A program made the translations under genes and the position numbers. From Octopus bimaculoides (taxonomy: Eukaryota): a DNA stretch of 57,211 bases. A model generated the notes under the pieces. That model made no database searches. It saw nothing but the letters and a program-made list of their open reading frames with translations, and was not told the origin of the DNA. This document shows, in pieces, positions 1 to 10,759 of the stretch. Numbering within the stretch: the stretch's first letter is position 1; each line of letters starts with the position of its first letter. The stretch lies in NCBI RefSeq assembly GCF_001194135.2, contig NC_069002.1, forward strand, positions 19,351,735 to 19,408,945. Reading direction: 5' to 3'.

Positions 1-288
1 TATTATTTTAGCAGTAGTAGTAGCAGTAGTATGGCCATCATACTGTGAAGTCACGGAAATTTGAAGCTCCGTAATTTGAAAAAGCGTTTGTAATCTTTTC
101 GGCCTTCCAAGGCCCCGTGTGTCATTTTTATTGTTACCATTGTAATTTTGAGATTGTCTGGACCGCGCAGATAGTATTTTGGTGTAGAAAAACCCGTTGT
201 CTTGCAGGGGGTGAGCAACAAAATTTTTTGAATTATAACTACTTTCGGCAAAAGCAAATATTTTGCAATTTTCTTTAATTATTTAAAG

Positions 289-1645
289 ATGGCTGATAAA
301 GAAGCCATCATAATGTTCCCCAAAGGAACGCGCTCCTCCTCGGATGAAGTGTGAACCAGAATATCAAATGGCCTAAATTGAATGACGTCACTGAGGCGAA
401 TACTATTTCAGTGTTGGCAACGTGAGCAATAACAAAAGCAACAACAACAACAGTAGCAGCAGCAGCAGCAACAACAACAACAATACGAAAGAAATGAATT
501 ATAACAATGTGCATATCACCTCTGCTTCTTTCGCATTTGCAGTGAGAAATATGGAAAATTTCCGCATAGATGAAGAAATAAAAATGCAAGAGCGAAATAC
601 AAAAATATTCCGTGGTGTGGGGATGAACAAAAGACCCACATCACCAGAAGAAAGACGTTTGGAACTATTGAGGTGAGATTTGGAACGGAAAAGGAAGCCA
701 GGTGTTATTCCGTGATCAGTTTAAGGAATGACAACTTCTTAATCCTCAGCTTTTGCGGTCAATTTCTTGTCACGATTAGGGTGTTGAATGTGCCGCCAAA
801 AATATCCATCACCTGGTTAGTAGCGGTCGTCCTGGCAGGCCTAAAAGGAGACGAAGTGACAATACTGGAGGTTTTTACCTTAGCAAAAGTGGTCTGGTAA
901 AGGTATGGAACTAGCTTTATAATCTAAGCAGGACAATATCGACCAGCTGCCAGATCTAATCGGTCTCCCAGATGGTACTCACCTGTCAGTGTTAGTGGAG
1001 CTTAGAAAGCCAAGATGTCACATATGTAGATCTGTAACTCATTTAAAGGATTACTGCCCTGAAACAAGAAAAATTAAACTCTGCCAACACCACAAACACC
1101 GCTGCCCACACTACAACCACCACAAACACAAAATCATGAACTAGTGCACAAGATGCCTACATATACACCCACACCCATGCACATATTCACTTCAAAAGCA
1201 AGACAAAAGAAGGAATTTGCTTCCAGTTGCTACGGAAAAGCAAGCTTCTCCTCAATGTTCTGCCTCCCAAACCAACATCACCTGCAATGACATGGAGAAA
1301 GAAGAGCTGAACTATAAATGGAACACAGTGACCAAAGTTGGGAGGCGAAAGAGGCGCAGAGTATATTATAGCCCTACTCCAAGAAATCAACAAAAACATA
1401 TTCTGAAACCACAACTGCAACACAATTCTCAACCACTTCAAAAAAAACAACAACAACAAAAAACAAAAACAAGGACAAGGACAACTTCAAAAGCATTAAC
1501 GTCATTAACAACAGCAAGAAATCACAGAAATGTGAAATCAACCAATTACAGAACTTCTAAAATAAGAATATTCATCAGATTGTTGACGAAATCATCGTCG
1601 TTGTCGTCGTCGTCGTCACAACCACCACCATCAACAACGCCCTGA
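289..1645 (+). mobile_element. Degenerate gag-like ORF1 of a Tx1/L1-type non-LTR retrotransposon (stops and frameshifts; no ORF2 follows)
   Basis: Intact CX2CX4HX4C knuckle CHICRSVTHLKDYC at 1016-1057, preceded by LPDLIGLPDGTHLSVLVELRKPR. Upstream RVLNVPPKISITWLVAVVL is RRM-like; downstream basic KWNTVTKVGRRKRRR and a T/S/Q-rich tail. Candidate ATG at 289. Clade assignment is inference. Confidence 0.65.
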
Positions 1646-1700
1646 ACATCGCCAACATCATCATCGTCGTCGTCATCGTCATCATCATCATCATCATCAA

Positions 1701-1731
<31 letters not shown>

Positions 1732-1780
1732 AGCATGATCATCGCCACCACCACCACCACAACCATCATCACTATGACAC
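1575..1780. repeat. Compound trinucleotide repeat (CGT/CAT/CAC/CAG)n
   Basis: Seen directly. Confidence 0.95.
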
Positions 1781-2089
1781 ATCAAAGCTACCCTTCTTCA
1801 CAACTCTTCACTGTAGCACACAGCCATGGAAAAGCAAATGGCATCACAACCTCCCACAGGTTTAGCGAAATATTCAAGAAAACATTTTAAACAACAACTT
1901 CACCTTTGATCGTACGTCGGCTCAATTTGAACAACTATAAAGCTATTCAACAACAACAACAACAACAACAATAATAACGTCTACTTATTTCAGCCTTCCC
2001 TGAGGGATTTCAATGTGTTGAACAGATGTATCTAGGATCTAAATTGATAACAAACGCATGAAGTAGATGGATCTCGGTTGGCCTGTGAC

Positions 2090-2410
2090 GATGACTATTC
2101 AACAGTTTGATCAAAAGAATTACCTCCCGATTGTAATTAGCGTGAAAGAGGTTTACCTGCTAAAAGACAGGTGTACTCGTAATGCTAATCTCAGCCGGAA
2201 TCAACGTTACGGAATCTGTTATAAGACTGGTTGGATCCTTAAATTACAAGTTGAATCAGCATGACGGGCTTCCACACAGTTTCCTTCTCAAGACGCTCGG
2301 ACCGACTCCACATTACGACAAACACAAATGATTTGTTGAAGATGCCATACAGTGACATTCAAACCGGGATCTCTTGATTGAACAACGAACGTCTTTACTA
2401 TTTGGTCATA
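2090..2410 (-). mobile_element. Highly degenerate tRNA-derived SINE
   Basis: Minus strand begins TGACCAAATAGTAAAG...GATCCCGGTTTGAATG (A/B-box-like) and then resembles the other SINE heads in the window. Confidence 0.3.
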
Positions 2411-3127
2411 CAACCTCATGGATAACAGTCGTTTAATGAAGTAAGTCTTAGTGTAACATATTTTTCAACCAATTTACAATTATTACGCTTCTGTACAGTA
2501 TTTCTCTATGTCTGCTCCTGTACTTCAGCTCAGTATTTCTCTCCTCAGACCTTGGGATAATACGGCAAAGTTATACTTCGTTCATGTAAATTAATACGAA
2601 ACATACACCAAACTACTTTCCGTTTCTTGCTATGAGTCCACCCCAATTTACTAGTTAGTTATGCTTTTAAGAATTTAGCTGTTATATTTTAATCGAGACG
2701 GCTTCTACTACTTATGAAGTAACTCCTATTTCAAGATTTCTACATGCACTTTGGTAAAGAATGATTTTTTTAAAATCAGTTGAAGTCGATATACATGCAT
2801 ACCCACAACAAAATCATGTAAATATAGGGTCACACTCACACACACACACACACACANNNNNNNNNNNNNNNNNNNNNNNNNNNNNNNNNNNNNNNNNNNN
2901 NNNNNNNNNNNNNNNNNNNNNNNNNNNNNNNNNNNNNNNNNNNNNNNNNNNNNNNNNNNNNNNNNNNNNNNNNNNNNNNNNNNNNNNNNNNNNNNNNNNN
3001 NNNNNNNNNNNNNNNNNNNNNNNNNNNNNNNNNNNNNNNNNNNNNNNNNNNNNNNNNNNNNNNNNNNNNNNNNNNNNNNNNNNNNNNNNNNNNNNNNNNN
3101 NNNNNNNNNNNNNNNNNNNNNNNNNNG

Positions 3128-3250
3128 ATGCCCTTCCTAACGCCAACCACTCCGAAAGAGTAGTGGGTGCTTTTACGTGCCACCGGCGGTACTGGCAACG
3201 GCCACGCTGAAAATGGTGTATTTTACGTGCCACCCGCACAAGAGCCAGTC
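3128..3250 (+). mobile_element. RTE-type 3' UTR fragment
   Basis: GATGCCCTTCCTAACGCCAACCAC...GGGTGCTTTTACGTGCCACC resembles the conserved RTE 3' tail motif (recognition, not searched). The 5' side is in a gap. Confidence 0.5.
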
Positions 3251-3268
3251 CAGATATATATATATATA

Positions 3269-3470
3269 GTTGGAATTTACGAAAAGATAAACAAAACAAA
3301 CGACGAAGATGGGTGGGTAAACAACAAACAGATGTATTAGTTTAACGCTCGGGAAGGTGAGAAAGTCTTTTACGTTTCGAGCCTACGCTCTTCAACAGAA
3401 AGGAACACAGAAATAAACAGAGAGAGAAAATATAAAAAAAAAGGTTTAGTGGCTAGCGATCAGTCATGGA
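3269..3470 (-). mobile_element. Penelope-like terminal-repeat-type dispersed repeat, family A copy 1
   Basis: Aligns in reverse complement to 52174-52372. Both copies abut TA-rich sequence at the same end and carry a hammerhead-like motif. The Penelope link is inferred from that motif. Confidence 0.55.
3367..3402 (-). ncRNA. Minimal type-I hammerhead-ribozyme-like motif (family A)
   Basis: Minus strand: cttt-CUGUUGA-A-GAGC(guag)GCUC-GAAAC-GU-A-aaag, giving a 4-bp stem I, 4-bp stem II, palindromic ACGU stem III and a GUA triplet. Core A6 is replaced by U. Confidence 0.55.
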
Positions 3471-3639
3471 GAATGCCGAACAGAGGTGGTCAGACAGGAG
3501 AACTAGGAAGGAGGAGAGATAATAAAGTAGTGGTGATGCCAAAATGAAGGTGCGCATGCGTTTGTATGTGAGAGCGTATATGTGCATGTGGATGGGGGCT
3601 GGTGATCTTAACGTGTGCGTGTATGCATGCGTAGGTGTG

Positions 3640-3821
3640 TGGATGATGGTGTGGGTGCTGAGAAGTGGTCAGTGCTCGTGTGTGCGGGGTGGTGTGATGC
3701 GGTGTGGTGTAGTATGGTGGTGTGTGGTGTGGTGTAGCATGATGTGGTGTGGTGGGGTGTGGTGTGGTGGCGTGAGAAAGTGGGGGAGGCGAGAGTGTTG
3801 GGAGCAAGGGTGGTGTGTGGG
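3640..3821. repeat. Degenerate (TGTGG/GTG)n low-complexity tract running into a gap
   Basis: Seen directly. Confidence 0.85.
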
Positions 3822-4767
3822 NNNNNNNNNNNNNNNNNNNNNNNNNNNNNNNNNNNNNNNNNNNNNNNNNNNNNNNNNNNNNNNNNNNNNNNNNNNNNNN
3901 NNNNNNNNNNNNNNNNNNNNNNNNNNNNNNNNNNNNNNNNNNNNNNNNNNNNNNNNNNNNNNNNNNNNNNNNNNNNNNNNNNNNNNNNNNNNNNNNNNNN
4001 NNNNNNNNNNNNNNNNNNNGTGGGGGTAGGGGTGGAGTTTGAGGGTGGGGTGGGGTATGTGGAAGTGGAATGTGTGGGATTAGGTGAGGGTGGAATCACA
4101 TGGTATACTGTATATAAACAGAAACAAAGGGTACACACGAGGAACACACGCAGAATGTCGCCAATCCTTGATCAGTCATCGTCCGAAGGATAGCAGCAAT
4201 TTCACGCTTTAACGATAATATTGGTTCGCTTTGGTGGCGTTAGCTACGAGAAGCCGCAAAGAAATGGTAAGCAAACGAACAAGGGACCAAACACGACAGA
4301 AATTGAACATACAAATATGGAATATATACGCAAAATACAATATACATTGTATACGGACAAGGGGCAAACACGAAAGCAAATACGACCGAATGTGGACATG
4401 GATAAGACATTGCCGCTTTGACATTTGACGGAAATATGGGTAACACCACTAAGAATATCCTAAAGGATTAGCAACAAAAGGAATAGCAGGGAGACGTATT
4501 GGAAGTGGGAGAGACGAGAAACACGACGGTTGCCTTGGCGACCGTCGTGGAAAGAAAATAAAATGATGAGGAAAAGTAACGATGATCACGGGTCACGTGT
4601 CAATGGTAAGAGGGAGAAAAGTGGTAGAGGACAGAGAGAGACACAGAGAGCAACGGAGAGGGAAGGAGGGCAAAAAAAGGAAACGGTGTGTGGAGTTACG
4701 TTATATAATATGCTCAAAACACACACACATACATACACACGCACGCACACACACACACATATATATA

Positions 4768-5603
4768 TACGAAGTCTGATCAATAAGTATCCGTGCTGTT
4801 GCCATAGTAACAATACTGAAGTACGTAGAATGAAGATTGACCTTGAACTTTAGCCTGCATACACGCTAAGTTTCAACATACTAGCCCATTTCTGCTGTTT
4901 ACAGCAGTGCTTGGAAGGAAGGTGTGTAATGTGTGATCGTAGCATTGACGATGACAGAGAAAGTTGTCATAGTGATACCTGTTCAGAGGCCTACGCAACG
5001 TTGCAGAAAGTTAATGGAGAAGAGTGTATGAGTGGTTCAGACGTTTCCAAGATGGCCGAAAAACTGTCGATATTGACGAACGTACTGGGTGATCCGCAGC
5101 CACCAGAACTGAGAAAAACATTACAGTTGTGCGTGGAGTTGTGAAGGGAAATCGTCGAATCACCATCCGTGAGTTACCAGGGAATGTACAGATTAGTTAC
5201 GGTTCTTTTCAATCCATGAAACGCCTGTCTGCCGAGTTTGTCCGAAAGCTGTTTTCAGCTGACCAAAAAGACACCCGAATTTCAGTTGATCGCCTTGATT
5301 GTGTCGAGAACGATGAAAGATTTAAAAAAAATTTGCGTAGGTCTGAGAGCAGACATTGCCAAGTCTTTGGCAAAATTTGATGTAGATTCTCTGCTCAACT
5401 TTCTGTTATGGTCAACGCGACGATCACACATTACACACCTTTTTCCAAGCACTGTTGTAAAGAGCGAAAGTGAGCTAGAGCGTTAAACTTAGTGCGCATG
5501 CACAGCAGAGTTCAAGATTAATCTGTGTGAAGCGGCTTAACTCTGCGTGCTTTAACTTCGTTACTATGACAACAGTCCGGATACTTATTGATCAGACTAC
5601 GTA
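4768..5603 (+). mobile_element. Mariner-derived fold-back element: truncated transposase 5' half closed by an inverted copy of the 5' end
   Basis: TIRs TACGAAGTCTGATCAATAAGTATCCG and its reverse complement ending 5603, with TA at both ends. Internal peptide VYEWFRRFQDGRKTV...NRRITIRELP...MKRLSAEFVRKLFSADQK stops before the catalytic domain. 5332-5603 is an inverted homologue of 4768-5000. Confidence 0.85.
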
Positions 5604-5631
5604 TGGCAGCATTTATGAATGTACGTATATA

Positions 5632-5662
<31 letters not shown>

Positions 5663-5707
5663 AAAGAGAGAAAAGTGTGTGTGTGTGTGAGTGCATGCGT
5701 GCGGGTG

Positions 5708-5740
<33 letters not shown>

Positions 5741-5778
5741 ATCTTCCTGCATGAATGCATACTCATGCGTATGTTTGC

Positions 5779-5870
5779 ATGCGTCTATAATGTATGCGTC
5801 TATAATGTATGCGTCTATAATGTATGCGTCTATAATGTATGCGTCTATAAATGTATGCGTCTATAAATGT
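5779..5870. repeat. Minisatellite, 15-bp unit ATGCGTCTATAATGT x6 (last two units 16 bp)
   Basis: Seen directly. Confidence 0.95.
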
Positions 5871-6457
5871 AAGCTTGTATATACACACAGGCAGACATTT
5901 ATTTATGTGTATTCATACGCTCACACACGTGCACACACACATATACGTATGTGTGCGTATGTGTGTGTTTGTGTGTGTGTCTGTGTATACATCTCAAGTA
6001 TACCAGAAAATATAATGGAATATTTCAAAGGCAATGAAACCGATTTTCAGAATCTGCTTTGTAAAATGTCAAAGAGTAAAGTTCCTGACAGAAACGGCTC
6101 CAGTTTTGAAGAGATCCTATCGAAACATTTTGCAGAATGTCAGATTCTTCAAACTTTACGTATGGATTGGTAATGTTCTTCAATATTTCCGTTGGATGTC
6201 GTTTGTTTCTGAATTTGTCAGGTTTACTTAGAATTGGCATCAACAAACTGTATTCCTCAATCGAAAATCTAAGTAGTAAATACAGTATTAAATTGAAGTT
6301 CCATATCAAAGGACGGGGCGATGTGTGTGTGTGTGTATGAGTATAAATTCATACATATATTATATATACATGCATGTATATACATATGCATATGTGTGTG
6401 GGTGCGGTTGTGGTTGGTTGTGTCTGTGTATAAAATGTAATATATTACGATAACGAG

Positions 6458-6461
<4 letters not shown>

Positions 6462-6525
<64 letters not shown>
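6462..6525. repeat. (GA)n microsatellite
   Basis: Seen directly. Confidence 0.98.
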
Positions 6526-6533
<8 letters not shown>

Positions 6534-7587
6534 CCACGTGCATCGAAATGGATTGCGGAGTATCTTCATATATGCACACGTATGTGTGTGCATGTGCATG
6601 CGTGTTTCTGAGTGTATGCGTGTGTGTATATGAGTGTACACGTGTTTGTGCGCATGCGTCTCTATATGCATTGCGTTTCTATATATTTCTAGAAAAACCT
6701 TGTTGACGAATATTCAACCCAAACTTCCTATAAACACTCCGCTGTGCCTTCAATAAGCTCTAATCGTGAAATCTAATAATACGCATTTCATTACGTTCTG
6801 TTCTCACTATCTTGTCACTTTGTTCTATAATAGGACCCTGACACAACACAGTGTGATTCCAACAACGTTTGATTGTAATGTATTAAGCTGTCATTCGCAG
6901 AAACTTGACAACAGCTTTGTAGATTAATGGCTTCAGAGGGAAACATTACCGTCTTCCAAAGTGAAAGTATCCGAACACCACATGGGAAGCAACCTCAATG
7001 GATTTCAAAATTTATCAATTCTAGAAGCAGTTTCAAAACCTTAAACAATTTTAGCCTAATCACATTTGCTATAACCAATTTCAAAACGGCAAATTAACCG
7101 CGCAATCAAATGGTATGGAATATATTTGACATAAGTTGTTTTAGTTGTCACATTAATAACGCTAAGTTAAATATATTGCAGTTACATACAAAAACAAGCA
7201 CACAAAAGCAGACATATTCCTATTAACGGGTATGTACGCTGCATGCTCAACTTGCTATGCCATAAAAGCTCTGGCTTGAACTGCAGTTGAACATGTGGTG
7301 TTGGGCAGCCTTTATGAAGTGGCTAGGAGAGGATTCTCCTTGAGCAGAGAGGTATAGATTAAAACAGAAATAAACCGGCAAACCATTTGGCAAGACATGA
7401 GAAGGTCATTTAATTTAGATATATAACAAAAAAGGTTTGAATAGTCACTAGCAGCTGTTTAGAGACTATGTATACTTTTTTAATGATATATCCAAATCAA
7501 ATGCACTTGTAAGTGTTGCCAAGCGGTTTGCCTTCTTATATCTTTCTCAATCTCTCTCTATATATATACATACATACATACACACAC

Positions 7588-7627
<40 letters not shown>

Positions 7628-8079
7628 NNNNNNNNNNTCAAGTGGCCAGCATGGCAATAAGAACCATCAAAGGTAATAATTATTTAAAATGATAATTTAG
7701 GGTATCTAAGAGATACCACCACGCTGGGAATAGCAGTCAAAGCTTGACTCTAAAACCACATGAAATGTTCATACAGCACCAGGAGAGAAGACGAAGAGAC
7801 GAAATAAACTAGAAAAAATTACTGCATAATTCCAGATCCCGGAATTCTGGCTTTGGATTAGAAATGCTTTGCCTTATCAGTGGAATATATTTAGAAAAGC
7901 ACATAAATACAAATATATATATATAGAGAGAACATACGATATAATTACATATACGAACGTATACATACATATATATATGCACGTATGCACACGACCAGTT
8001 TGAATTGCCCGGCTAAAAACTCCTCGTGCGATATGGTCAGAAATATCACCGCAGTGAATATAATACTCTCTCTCTCTCT

Positions 8080-8456
8080 CTTTTAGACTTTTACTTGTTT
8101 CAGTCATTTGATTGCGGCCATGCTAGAGCACCGCCTTTAGTCGAGCAGATCAACCCCAGGACTTATGCTTTGTAAGCCTAGTACTTATTCTATCGATAAG
8201 TTTTGCTGAACCGCTAAGTGACCGAGACATAAACACACCAGCATCGGTTGTCAAGCAATGCTAGGGGGACAAACACAGACACACAAACACACACACTCAT
8301 ACAAATATACATATATAATCGGGTTTCTTTCAGTTTCCGACTACCAAATCCACTCACAAGGCTTTGGTCGGCCCGAGGCTATAGTAGAAGACACTTGCCC
8401 AAGATGCCACCCAGTGGGACTGAACCCGGAGCCATGTGGTTGGTAAGCAAGCTACT
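8080..8456 (-). mobile_element. tRNA-derived CORE-like SINE, family 1 (near full length)
   Basis: Minus strand has B box GGTTCAGTCCC, core-like GGCATCTTGGGCAAGTGTCTTC, an internal (GT/TA) tract and tail GGCGGTGCTCTAGCATGGCCGCAATCAAATGACTGAAACAAGTAAAAG. Homologous to 42880-43253 and 20700-21077. Confidence 0.85.
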
Positions 8457-8694
8457 TTATTTCATTTGATTTGCCATAAAAGCAGTATACAGAGTAGCTG
8501 CGGGCTAGACGAACACATTAATGAGATGAAATTGATGATAAATACGATGGTATAATGAGAGAAGGCAAAAGCCGGCGCCGAACTTTGCTGCTCTATAACG
8601 CTGTTCTTTTAGAATTAAATTTTCACATTGAGGCTATGAACCTCGTACATAAAAAGTCATAAATTAAGGCATTTGACTCTTACAATTTTTCTTG

Positions 8695-9330
8695 TTTTTT
8701 TTTCGCCCGATATAGCCTTCGCTTCTCTCAAGCAAAACGATGGGTCTGGGTCGGGCCACTTTTCAATACTGAATTCGTCGAGGGGGAAGGAATTCACCAC
8801 CGCACTTATGTGACTACTCGACACGACCTCCGCAGACACCTGCGGAGGCCAGTCCAGATCCCTAGTACAGGTGTGGACTCCCTCCCTCCGGCGTTTCCTT
8901 TATTCACAAATTTCTGCAGGGCCCCTCCCTTTCAGAATAGGATTAGCACATCCTTTTCCTCACAGGGTGAGCCCACAGCTTCTACTCCGTTGGTGGCACA
9001 ATTCCCACCAACATTGTCTGGACACGCCGGCGGTGCACTATCGAGCACCGGCAGTGCCTCGTTCTTTTTTTCTTTTTCTTTGGGGCCACTGGAGTAGGGC
9101 GTACTTCCGCCTTTGCCGGAAGGTCCTCCTCCTTAAATATGTCTGGCATTTCTTTCTCCATCAATTTTCAATATCCCGAAGTACTTATAGCCGTCTCTTC
9201 TATTGGAAGACGGGTATTGGAAAACAGCAGCAGAGGAAACGATGAAAATACAGTTGTTACTGATAAAAGTGATCTCATAGCAAAAAGCAGAGGCGAGATC
9301 TCTAATAAGCCACAGGAAGGGAATAGTGGT
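8695..9330 (-). pseudogene. GC-richer, disrupted ORF-like remnant ending in a short poly(A); possible retroelement ORF1 C-terminus or retrocopy
   Basis: Fragments MEKEMPDIFKEEDLPAKAEVRPTPVAPKKKKK and SAEVVSSSHISAVVNSFPLDEFSIEKWPDPDP run into an A9 tract at 8695-8703. No domain recognised. Confidence 0.3.
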
Positions 9331-9332
9331 GC

Positions 9333-9333
9333 T

Positions 9334-9364
<31 letters not shown>

Positions 9365-9372
9365 TTATTATT

Positions 9373-9417
<45 letters not shown>

Positions 9418-9445
9418 GTTATTGTTGTTGTTGTTGTTGTTGTTG

Positions 9446-9502
<57 letters not shown>
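9333..9502. repeat. (ATT)n/(GTT)n tract, the tail of the adjacent Dong-like 3' end
   Basis: Seen directly; abuts the 3' UTR at 9503. Confidence 0.95.
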
Positions 9503-9504
<2 letters not shown>

Positions 9505-9673
9505 TAGTTTTATTTTTATAACGTGCTTTCACTTCACTACCGAGCGCAGCTCTGTGCGCCTTGGGTATGTGCTGTGGTTTGCTGTGGTGCTCTTATGTTT
9601 ACTGTATTGAAAGTGTTTTGCGTAGAATGTGTGCAGTACCCAGTAGTGCAATTTTCTGTATGTTATATATATT
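9503..9673 (-). mobile_element. 3' end of an R4/Dong-type RLE retrotransposon (remainder in gap)
   Basis: Minus strand encodes IYNIQKIALLGTAHILRKTLSIQ*, then a 3' UTR nearly matching 47293-47460, then (AAT)n. Confidence 0.85.
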
Positions 9674-10019
9674 NNNNNNNNNNNNNNNNNNNNNNNNNNN
9701 NNNNNNNNNNNNNNNNNNNNNNNNNNNNNNNNNNNNNNNNNNNNNNNNNNNNNNNNNNNNNNNNNNNNNNNNNNNNNNNNNNNNNNNNNNNNNNNNNNNN
9801 NNNNNNNNNNNNNNNNNNNNNNNNNNNNNNNNNNNNNNNNNNNNNNNNNNNNNNNNNNNNNNNNNNNNNNNNNNNNNNNNNNNNNNNNNNNNNNNNNNNN
9901 NNNNNNNNNNNNNNNNNNNNNNNNNNNNNNNNNNNNNNNNNNNNNNNNNNNNNNNNNNNNNNNNNNNNNNNNNNNNNNNNNNNNNNNNNNNNNNNNNNNN
10001 NNNNNNNNNNNNNNNNNNN

Positions 10020-10056
<37 letters not shown>

Positions 10057-10169
10057 CATCATTATTATTATTATTACCATCGTTATAGCGGCAACAATAG
10101 CAAAGAAAGAAGTACTATTCAAGAAGCTGGTACTGAAAATATTAAGTAGTTAGAAGTGATGTTGCTGGA

Positions 10170-10730
10170 GAACATGGGTGGGACTGGTTAAAGAAAGAAG
10201 TGTTTTAAAAGGAAACTGTTAGGACTGTATTTGCAGCGCAAAACCAATCTTCGGTCACAAATAGGAAGATCGTGGTTTGAAATATACAGCTGTCTCCATT
10301 GTGCCGAATCTAATGAATTTGACGAAATTACTGCCCTTATCGTAAATGACTGTCCTGGATTTGCCCGAAAACCTGTATAAGTTGTGGTGACATGGTGAAA
10401 TAGCAAACGTTTTGCACTGGAAGCTGTGTGAAAAGTAGGGGTTAGAGAAAGGTAAGACATGATATGGCCATACTGCATTTTGAGTGACTGAGTCAGAATC
10501 TTGCAATGTCTGGTGGGATTTCTCAATTCAAATGGATCACGTTCTTGAGCACAACAAACCAGATTTAGTGACGGTGGACAAAGTAAACTGTGTGCTTTTT
10601 AATTGACCTTACGTCCACGTTTGACTCACGAATAGTTATGAAGGCAAGCAAGGAAGGAGACATATACAATCTTCTTAAATGAGATAGCGCGTTTGTGGAA
10701 GATGGAAACTTTGAAAATAGTGTCAACGAT
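10170..10730 (+). mobile_element. Degenerate R4/Dong-type zinc-knuckle/RLE fragment
   Basis: With frameshifts: WDWLKK...FAAQNQS...LHWKLCEK...WWDFSIQMDHVLEHNKPDLVTVDK...EIARLWKMETLKIV (PD..D endonuclease region). Confidence 0.8.
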
Positions 10731-10759
10731 TGCTGAAGATTTTGGTACGGGTCTGTACA

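Noticed and set aside
5779-5870. Regular short repeats as a possible CRISPR array
   Set aside because: There are no spacers; it is a simple tandem minisatellite in a eukaryotic context.
6106-6129. TTGAAGA-GAT(cct)ATC-GAAAC-ATT, a hammerhead-like string
   Set aside because: C3 is mutated, there is no stem I, stem III is broken and no homologous flank exists in the window. It could be chance.
7638-7860. Possible RT domain-0 remnant (TAPGE...IPEFW)
   Set aside because: Similarity is limited to a few residues and cannot be assigned.
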